From Desulfatiglandales bacterium (GTDB lineage: Bacteria; Desulfobacterota; DSM-4660; Desulfatiglandales; Desulfatiglandaceae): a stretch of 64,000 nucleotides of DNA. A program made the translations under genes and the position numbers. The notes under the pieces were generated by a model, which was not told where the DNA came from, did no database searches, and was given only the letters and a program-made list of their open reading frames with translations. This document shows positions 56,987 through 64,000 of the stretch, piece after piece. How positions within the stretch are numbered: the stretch's first letter is position 1; every line of letters begins with the position of its first letter. Location: the NCBI GenBank assembly GCA_963662465.1, contig OY759599.1, forward strand, positions 5,696,001 to 5,760,000. Direction: 5' to 3'.

Positions 56987-59900
56987 TTACCGTTCCAGTT
57001 TTTTCCACACACGCAGCAATTCGCTGACGCCCCATGCCTGAGCGTCGCAGCCCCGTTGCACATGGGGAAAATCCCCATCCACAATTTCGGGAACCTGCCC
57101 CAGGCAGCCGCTGTTGATGAGCCCGATACTGCTGGAAAGCCATGACAGGGCTGTTTCCCGGGACGCGTCACCATAGGTTTCGGCCCATGCCTCGCAAAAG
57201 GAGGGAAAGGGCCATGTCCAGGCCGTGCCATTATGATATGCCGGCTTTCGACGGGTATCTTCATCACCCGCGTAAGTCCCCCAGTAAGGTCGGCTCGGAT
57301 CATTTAAAAGTTTGCCGGCGTGAACAACGGGAATGGGATAATTTACAGGACGATCGGCAAGGCTTCTGATGGCCCCCGGAACCAGGAGTTCTTCACAGGC
57401 CCTCAAGACTTGCCGGCAGAGGGTCGGGTCGCAAACGGCGCCCAGGGTAATGGTCAGTAATTGATTGGGCCTCAGGGCGTCATCCGGGGTTGCCGCCCTT
57501 GCGGGTACTCCCGGCGCCGCGTGAAGACAATCAGACAAATACCCCCCATCCACCCAAAACAGCTCCGAAATGGACTTGGAAACCCGGTTCGCCAAAGCCT
57601 GCCAGTCATGTTCCCCTTTTTCGCCATCTATCTCAAACAGGATTCTCAGGGCACGATACCAGAGGGCCTGAATCTCAATGGGATAACCCTCCCGGGGCGT
57701 TCCTGTTGGAAAATTGGTGTCCATCCAGGTAAAATGCGCGGGGCTGAAGATCAGTCCTGATTCAGGGTCCATTCGAACACCGTTTTGTGTGCCCCGAATC
57801 ATAAAACCACCGATGGATCGTAACACCTCACCGATGGTGCGTCCGCCTGCCTTGGCTTCCAGGAACGTATCACCGTCTTTTTCCAACAGATCGCCGCATG
57901 CCGTAAAAAACCAGAGGGCCGCGTCGGACGTATCCCGGTTCCCGGCATCCTCGCCATGAATCATGTTGGGCAGGGTGCCGTCTTTTTCAAATCGTCCAAA
58001 TTGCGTCAATACGGCCCTTGCATCCTCTGTTTTTCCCGCCGCCACAAGGCCCCTGACAAAAATCAGGGAATCCCGCCCCCAATCCAGAAACCATGGGTAT
58101 CCGGCAATGACCGTCTTCATGTCCCCACGCTTGACCACATAGTGATCGAGTGCCTCATGAAGAGATTGCGCCAATGATATGGGCTTTCTCCGGCCGACAA
58201 ATTCTTTCAAAACATCATGGTCGACCCGGTTTTCCTCCCAACAATCGGAATCGCCGTCATTTGAAACCCGCGCCATCAATTCAACCCATTGACCCCCTTC
58301 AAGAAATGAGGAAAAATAGCCCGGACTGAACAGGTCCGAATCCGGATCAAACCCCCGTTCCCCATCCATAATATGATGCACCATATATTGCCATTCCGAC
58401 GCCGGCTCAAAAATCCCCTTTGAGATGCAAACCGCAAGTTTTTGTTGGGGTCCGTTGGGCGAAAACCAAAAACCGTTTTTCCCGGACATGAGGGATACGG
58501 ACGCTGGAAAATGGGCGCCCGACCCCAAATAAGCCTTGGTGGATTCATGAAAGCTTCGCCACTCAACATCCGGCCTCAAAATAACCTCAACAGCCCTGTC
58601 ATCGGGAAGCCGCCCTTCCTCTTCTCCGGCGGATTCCCGATAAACAATCATTCGAATCTCATTTTTCTGAGCCGTCATTTCAAGGGACACACGGAGAAGC
58701 ACATGTCGTCCCTGACCGGTGGGGGTTCTAAAACGCCAGCATCCCCTGGAATGGCCGTCAAAACAAAAGGATTCAATGCTGGGGTCAAGCATGTCCTGGG
58801 AATGCCCCTGAAACTTCACCCAACCCCGACAACGGGTCAAAACAATCAATCGATCTTCAGGACAATTTGGATCCACGTTGGCGGCCAACAGGGCGTCATA
58901 ACGGCTGGGAAGCTGACCCCACCGGATGGGAGCGTGGATCATGGCGCCCCGGCCGTTTGTGCCCAGGAAAAGCAGGGGGCCGGAAGGCCACATGGCACGA
59001 TCAAGGCTCATTTCGACCAGCGCTTTTTCGGAGGGACACAGAAAAAGCAACGGGGCTGCGGCATGTCGGGTTTTTCCGGGACTGTAAACCGTTAGTTCAA
59101 GGGTTCGGGCCGTATGCTTCAAAGGCGTGGGTTGGGGCCTGAACAAAACGCAAAAGCGGCCGTCGTCCAGATTCAGAGATGTTTCCCAGGCCAGCACACG
59201 AGTGTTTTTCGGATCGACAATACGCGCCCGAAAAGCCGTATGGGATTCCACCAGCAGAAAATGACCCGGGGGAATCATGACCTCCCGGCGCTCGTCCGTG
59301 GGCCACATCCATCGAATAACCCGAGACGCATCACTTTGTGGGTTCAGTTGGCGGCAGAAATCCTCAGTATCCCGGGAAAATCGGGCAACCCATGCATCGA
59401 TGTCGAAGTCATTCAGATCCGAATTTTCATGATAATATAAATACGCATCCAGAACCTTGGCGCGTAATGCCTGTCGTTTGATTCTTTCAGGAATAGCAAA
59501 AGGCGGGTAGGCGCCCGGGTCGAGCAGTTCCATGTCCTTCTCAGTGGGTGTAAGACAAAAAACCCGGCCGGGTTTCAGCACAACACTATTGCCTCCATCC
59601 GTCCGGTTGATGGGCACTTTTTGGCCACTCAACAGATCCGTCAAGATCTCCCCCTGCCAGGGAATTTCTTCGGAATGCCAGGTAACGGATGTTTCCCTTT
59701 CATCGTCAAGATTTACCGCCACCAGAAGCCACTTTTCGGTCGGGTAATGATACCGCAGCATCACCACATAATTGCCCTGCTTGTGCTGTATCATTTTAAG
59801 CCGGGTTTGGTCATGAAATGCGGGATGTTTTTTCAGAAGAAGATTCAGCCGCGCAATAAAAGAAACCTGATTTCTTTCGGCCCCCCAGTTAAGCGAGGGG

Positions 59901-61309
59901 GCGCCATGTACATTAATCTTTTCAGTAGCATACCATTCCACCCCATTGGCAAAACCAAAGGCGCCATTTTGGGAAAAAAGTGCGCACAGGGCCGTTCGCA
60001 TGCGCGCCCAGGTCTCGGACCGGGCTGCTAATCGAAGATTGTCATGAGTTTCGGAAAAATGGACCGTCAGACCCTCGGAACTGGAAATCTCCATGGCTTC
60101 CGGAAGATAGTGTTCGATTTGTTCACGACTGAAATTCTGGAACAGTTCCGAATAGGCCCAGTTGAAGTTGGCGTGATTTAAAAGATCCCGGGTAACGGAA
60201 ATCTTTCCGCCAAGACCTTCATTGAAAAAAATCGTATCCGGATACTGTTCCCGTACCGCGGCAATAATGTATTGCCAGGCTGCCGCCGGAATCATGTAAC
60301 CCGCGTCGCACCTGAACCCATCCACCCCTCGGTGGCACCAGGTGAGAAAAACCTCTGCCATATATTTCCAAAGATCTTTTTGGGTGTAATCCAGTTTGGT
60401 GAGGTCTTCCCACTTGACGCCCCAGGCCCCGGGCACCTGTATCGCCCCGTCTTGATCGCGAACAAGCCACGACGGATGCTTTTCATGAAGCCGTGCGGCC
60501 CATCCCGTGTGATTGATGGCAATGTCGATCAGCAACAGGGCGTTTCGCTCATGAACCGCATCCACCAGTTCAATGAATTGTTCCAGGGGTGTTGCTCTGG
60601 GGTCAAATTCAGCCAATGCCGGATCAACCGACAAAAACCCCAGCGCCGCATACGGACTTCCGAACTGGCCCATCCGTCCATAGGTGGTGGGGGTGGGATG
60701 AACCGGAAGCAGCTGAATCACCCTGCATCCCAGCTCTGAAATAATAAAATCCAATTTTCCGATAAGGTCTCGAAAGGTTCCGGACGGTGGTATGACCGTA
60801 TAGCCGGTCTTATCCAGCATTTCCATGGCTTCGCCCATGGCGGGGGTGGGCGTTGCCCGGCCGGCGATATTGGGACCGAACTGACGTACAAAGGCATTGT
60901 AAATAATATTGGCGCAGCAGGTATTTGCGGGAGCAACATTTACAACCGCGTTCAATCCGGGAGGCCAGAGGGGGGTCGTTTCGCCTTCACTCAGAAAATA
61001 ACATTTGGCTTCAAAATGCCCCACCTCGCAAAGGGGTAACCGAACGCGAAACGCCAGGGATGAAACCCTTTGCATGGGAATGTCAAACCAGTCTTTTTCC
61101 AGGCGCGGTTTATCGCACCGCACTTCATCGATAATCTCGGTCCTGGTGATGGACGCATGGCCTAGATTGGTCCGAATATAGGCGGTTCCCGGCAGTTCCC
61201 GGGAAAGGGACAGGGTGAAAACCAGGGCATCCCCCCTGAAATGCAGTTGTTTTGTTCCAGGCGCCGGTTTCTGGTCCAATTGAAGTTCATGGTCCATGAT
61301 GGTTCCCAT
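56987..61309 (-). CDS. Large bifunctional-type glycogen debranching enzyme (GH13 domain + amylo-alpha-1,6-glucosidase domain)
   Basis: N-terminal GH13 motifs LLPVHP, GSPYA, INHT, DGFRCDAG and ETHDN. C-terminal GDE_C motifs AGYPWFLDWGRD, TWMD, YHNGTAW and AQAWGVSE. Confidence 0.88.
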   Translation of the reverse strand: MGTIMDHELQLDQKPAPGTKQLHFRGDALVFTLSLSRELPGTAYIRTNLGHASITRTEIIDEVRCDKPRLEKDWFDIPMQRVSSLAFRVRLPLCEVGHFEAKCYFLSEGETTPLWPPGLNAVVNVAPANTCCANIIYNAFVRQFGPNIAGRATPTPAMGEAMEMLDKTGYTVIPPSGTFRDLIGKLDFIISELGCRVIQLLPVHPTPTTYGRMGQFGSPYAALGFLSVDPALAEFDPRATPLEQFIELVDAVHERNALLLIDIAINHTGWAARLHEKHPSWLVRDQDGAIQVPGAWGVKWEDLTKLDYTQKDLWKYMAEVFLTWCHRGVDGFRCDAGYMIPAAAWQYIIAAVREQYPDTIFFNEGLGGKISVTRDLLNHANFNWAYSELFQNFSREQIEHYLPEAMEISSSEGLTVHFSETHDNLRLAARSETWARMRTALCALFSQNGAFGFANGVEWYATEKINVHGAPSLNWGAERNQVSFIARLNLLLKKHPAFHDQTRLKMIQHKQGNYVVMLRYHYPTEKWLLVAVNLDDERETSVTWHSEEIPWQGEILTDLLSGQKVPINRTDGGNSVVLKPGRVFCLTPTEKDMELLDPGAYPPFAIPERIKRQALRAKVLDAYLYYHENSDLNDFDIDAWVARFSRDTEDFCRQLNPQSDASRVIRWMWPTDERREVMIPPGHFLLVESHTAFRARIVDPKNTRVLAWETSLNLDDGRFCVLFRPQPTPLKHTARTLELTVYSPGKTRHAAAPLLFLCPSEKALVEMSLDRAMWPSGPLLFLGTNGRGAMIHAPIRWGQLPSRYDALLAANVDPNCPEDRLIVLTRCRGWVKFQGHSQDMLDPSIESFCFDGHSRGCWRFRTPTGQGRHVLLRVSLEMTAQKNEIRMIVYRESAGEEEGRLPDDRAVEVILRPDVEWRSFHESTKAYLGSGAHFPASVSLMSGKNGFWFSPNGPQQKLAVCISKGIFEPASEWQYMVHHIMDGERGFDPDSDLFSPGYFSSFLEGGQWVELMARVSNDGDSDCWEENRVDHDVLKEFVGRRKPISLAQSLHEALDHYVVKRGDMKTVIAGYPWFLDWGRDSLIFVRGLVAAGKTEDARAVLTQFGRFEKDGTLPNMIHGEDAGNRDTSDAALWFFTACGDLLEKDGDTFLEAKAGGRTIGEVLRSIGGFMIRGTQNGVRMDPESGLIFSPAHFTWMDTNFPTGTPREGYPIEIQALWYRALRILFEIDGEKGEHDWQALANRVSKSISELFWVDGGYLSDCLHAAPGVPARAATPDDALRPNQLLTITLGAVCDPTLCRQVLRACEELLVPGAIRSLADRPVNYPIPVVHAGKLLNDPSRPYWGTYAGDEDTRRKPAYHNGTAWTWPFPSFCEAWAETYGDASRETALSWLSSSIGLINSGCLGQVPEIVDGDFPHVQRGCDAQAWGVSELLRVWKKLER

Positions 61310-61387
61310 CTTTCTGAGTCTTTAATATTCGAAAACACTGCTGCAAAACCAATATTGTGTCAAGAAAAAAACAGCGTTTTCCGAACG

Positions 61388-62236
61388 TTACCCGGCTAAA
61401 ACGGCCTTTAAAATATTGTCATAAGCGATATTTATACCGAGATCCGCATCTTTCATCAGTTCTTCAAGATCTCCCGCGTCCCCCGCAACGACCATTTTCC
61501 CGTCAGCGGGAATTTGCCCCAGTAACGGCACTCCCATATCCTCGGCCATTTTTTTCCCACCGCCCTGTCCAAACAGCGGTACTTGTTGACCGCAGTGAGG
61601 ACAAAGCTGTCCGCTCATATTTTCAATCACTCCCAATATTTTCATTTCCACCTGACGGCAAAAATTGATGGACTTTCTGACATCCGCCAAGCTGAGTTCC
61701 TGGGGTGTGGTCACAATGAGGGCTTCGGCATCAGGAATGGTCTGGGCTACGGTCAGGGGTTCATCACCGGTTCCGGGAGGAGAATCCACCACTAGAAAGT
61801 CCAGGTCCCCCCACTCAATATCCGAGATAAACTGCCGAATGGCGCTGATTTTCATGGGGCCCCGCCAGATCACGGCCATATCCTTTTCACCCATCATCAT
61901 TTCAATGCTTACAATACTGAGTTGTTCCGAAAAAGCATAGGGCTTAACAACCCCTTCCTCGCTCATATCGAAACCACTCTGTATATTCATGAGTTTTGCC
62001 ACGCTGGGACCATGCAGATCCACATCCAGCAGTCCCACTTTTTTTCCCTTTTTGCTTAAGAGAATGGCCAGATAGCTGGCCACGGTACTCTTGCCGACCC
62101 CCCCTTTTCCACTCATCACGAGGATTTTTCGACCTACATGAGCCAAACGGTCCTCAATCATTTTATCTTGCAGTTTACGCTCAAAGTCACCGGGCGTCAT
62201 CTTTTCTTGTTGGGTTTCCAAAATATTTTTCCTCAA
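61388..62236 (-). CDS. Mrp/NBP35 (ApbC) Fe-S cluster carrier ATPase
   Basis: SGKGGVGKST, DVDLHGPS, VIWRGPMK, DSPPGTGDE and ENMS..CPHC. Start uncertain (62236, 62221 or 62200). Confidence 0.9.
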   Translation of the reverse strand: MRKNILETQQEKMTPGDFERKLQDKMIEDRLAHVGRKILVMSGKGGVGKSTVASYLAILLSKKGKKVGLLDVDLHGPSVAKLMNIQSGFDMSEEGVVKPYAFSEQLSIVSIEMMMGEKDMAVIWRGPMKISAIRQFISDIEWGDLDFLVVDSPPGTGDEPLTVAQTIPDAEALIVTTPQELSLADVRKSINFCRQVEMKILGVIENMSGQLCPHCGQQVPLFGQGGGKKMAEDMGVPLLGQIPADGKMVVAGDAGDLEELMKDADLGINIAYDNILKAVLAG

Positions 62237-62272
62237 AAAAAAAGAGACCCCCCATTTTACTGGAAGAGTCCC
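62235..62272 (-). terminator. Putative intrinsic terminator after acsE
   Basis: Minus strand GGGACTCTTCCA-GTAAAA-TGGGGGGTCTC followed by a long T run. Confidence 0.5.
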
Positions 62273-62298
62273 TTTTGGGGTTTCAATCTAAATTTTAT

Positions 62299-63189
62299 TT
62301 ACAGTTCAAGCCAAGAGTCGGAATAGAGGGACTGGCCCAGAATTACCCTGGCCGTTTTAACATAGTCCTGCAATTCCTTTGACAGCGCGCCCATGTCAAT
62401 CTGTTCCTCATCCATTACCTTATGAATGGCTTCCACCACGTCCGGTCTTTTTCCCCGGGCAATGGCGGTCAACTGATCATCATAGGCATCGGAAATCACG
62501 GAATACATCCCCTTCCGCTCCAGCATCACCATATAAGTCTGGTTGAGAATGGGACGCAGATGGTCCGGGGGACCATTGGAAATATTGGAAAGACCGCAGG
62601 TGGATTTCACGCCGGGAAACATCTCCCCCACCATTTCCTGATAAGCCATGAGGCTCATGAGTTGGGGCTGCTGAATATTGACGGGCGTCACAATGCCGTC
62701 CACAAAGATGTCCTCGTTGGGAACGCCCGCTTCATTAGCAGCGTACAGCAGTTCAGCCGACAGGGCCATGCGCTCATTTTCATCCCTGGGAAGACCATCC
62801 GGCCCCCACATAAGAGCGATCATGTTGGCTTTATATTTCACCGCAAGCGGAATCATCTTCTCATAACGCTCGGGTCTGCACATGATGGAATTGATAATGG
62901 CTTTCCCCTTACACGTTGCCAGCCCCGCCTCCATGGCATCGACATTGGACGTATCAAGACAAAGGGGAATCTCGGTTCCAATCGCGTCCTGAACCGTATT
63001 GACAACAAACTCCATCAACTCCGGGCCGCCTTTTCTGGCGGGTCCAAGGTTGATGTCGATCCAGTCCATGGCTTTTTCCTTCTGGCGTTTGGCTTCCGCG
63101 GCAATGGGACCCGGGTCCTTTTCCTTAAACGCCCTGCCAATAATCGTGTTGATTACATTTAAATTTTCACCAATCAAGAACATGGGCAC
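62299..63189 (-). CDS. acsE: Methyltetrahydrofolate:corrinoid/Fe-S protein methyltransferase
   Basis: Pterin-binding barrel: IGENLN, DINLGP, LCLDTSN, INSI and CGLSNISNG. Lies downstream of acsC. Confidence 0.9.
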   Translation of the reverse strand: MPMFLIGENLNVINTIIGRAFKEKDPGPIAAEAKRQKEKAMDWIDINLGPARKGGPELMEFVVNTVQDAIGTEIPLCLDTSNVDAMEAGLATCKGKAIINSIMCRPERYEKMIPLAVKYKANMIALMWGPDGLPRDENERMALSAELLYAANEAGVPNEDIFVDGIVTPVNIQQPQLMSLMAYQEMVGEMFPGVKSTCGLSNISNGPPDHLRPILNQTYMVMLERKGMYSVISDAYDDQLTAIARGKRPDVVEAIHKVMDEEQIDMGALSKELQDYVKTARVILGQSLYSDSWLEL

Positions 63190-63286
63190 ACTCCCTTTTT
63201 TTTCTAAATGGTCACGACAATAAATCTGTTGTGTCCCTGGCGCCAGTCGGGCCAGGGCACAACAAACTCAAAAACCGCCTAGTTTT

Positions 63287-64000
63287 TTACTGCATATCCT
63301 TCAAGAACTTGGGAATAAGAGAGGCGTCTCTTGGCCCGATCTTGACGTCCCAATCCGGAAGATCCTCTTCCATTTCCCCACTGATGGCCGCAGCGTAGCC
63401 CGGAATAATAATTTCCTTATGGGCAACCTTGTCGGCAATGCCGCACTTCTTGACAAACACGGCCACGGCATCGCCCGAGAATTTACCCGCCGCCCAGGCG
63501 GTCATCACGGACAAACCTTCCGTATCCATAACCAGCAGCCAGCTGGGAATCCGGCTTCCTTCGATCTCGCCGCTGACAATAAAGTAAGTCAGCGAAAAAT
63601 TGGTGGTAATCAATATTGGTGAATTTTCATCGGGCGTACCAATCTCATAGATACCCTCGGTCACGGTCATTGGGCGTTGCGGGTCGGTAAAAATGTTGAG
63701 GCGCTCAAGAAGGAGAGGAAATAGACTCTCACCCTCAAAGTCGGAAAGCACCACAATGCCCGCGTATTTGGCGATCAGCAGGGACGAGATAAGGGTTTCC
63801 ACGGCCAGGTTGTCCGCCATTTCACAGGGAAAGGTGATGGTGGGAAAACCCAAAAGTTTATTGGCCGCCTTAAGGGGCGCCCTTCGAATCACCACCTGAT
63901 CCTGGAACAGCGCTTTGATTTCCCGTGCGCCGGAATCAAGTACCAGGTCTTTCAAGCCCATGCCCGTCAATTTTTCACTGAGGGCAAGGAGATCGTCCAT
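63287..64000 (-). CDS. acsC: Corrinoid Fe-S protein large (gamma) subunit of ACS/CODH complex, 5' part outside window
   Basis: RLNIFTDPQRP, TTNFSLTYFIVSGEIE, GLSVMTAWAAGKF, IIIPGY and GPRDAS. Confidence 0.93.
   Translation of the reverse strand: MDDLLALSEKLTGMGLKDLVLDSGAREIKALFQDQVVIRRAPLKAANKLLGFPTITFPCEMADNLAVETLISSLLIAKYAGIVVLSDFEGESLFPLLLERLNIFTDPQRPMTVTEGIYEIGTPDENSPILITTNFSLTYFIVSGEIEGSRIPSWLLVMDTEGLSVMTAWAAGKFSGDAVAVFVKKCGIADKVAHKEIIIPGYAAAISGEMEEDLPDWDVKIGPRDASLIPKFLKDMQ

Noticed and set aside
63227..63264. Inverted repeat between acsC and acsE as a riboswitch or ncRNA
   Set aside because: It is a single simple hairpin in a 97-nt spacer, too short for a cobalamin riboswitch; probably an mRNA stability element.

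Overview
This is a gene-dense, moderately GC-rich chromosomal window. Gene content suggests an anaerobic Desulfobacterota (deltaproteobacterial) genome; that assignment is inference. From left to right it contains: (1) a leftward operon of a RACo/ASKHA corrinoid activator, a cNMP-binding protein and NuoE/NuoF(HydC/HydB)-like subunits; (2) two MscS-family channels flanking an AT-rich islet and a recC with no recB/recD next to it; (3) a P1/S58 peptidase; (4) a translationally coupled operon of an AsmA/YdbH-like bridge protein, a DUF1318 (YdbL-like) lipoprotein and a 2870-aa predicted lipoprotein with PD40 propeller, TPR arrays and an intact CHAT (caspase-like) protease; (5) a sigma54-type DASS anion-transporter cluster with sensor kinase, receivers, CBS proteins, YIP1 and a porin; (6) a repeat-rich zone at 36.65-40.7 kb with several REP families, a 122-bp MITE, a duplicated ~320-bp AT-rich element and kinase remnants; (7) CBS-PPase, the GGGtGRT pair, a GNAT, an M48 peptidase and queF; (8) an AlaA-like aminotransferase preceded by an Ala-rich leader peptide and attenuator hairpins; (9) a glycogen operon with eukaryote-like branching and debranching enzymes; (10) mrp, acsE and partial acsC of the Wood-Ljungdahl pathway. 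No rRNA, tRNA, CRISPR array or intact transposase was seen. The best candidates for undescribed biology are the AsmA/YdbL/TolB-TPR-CHAT envelope operon and the alanine leader-peptide attenuator. All family calls come from motif recognition by eye, not from database searches.
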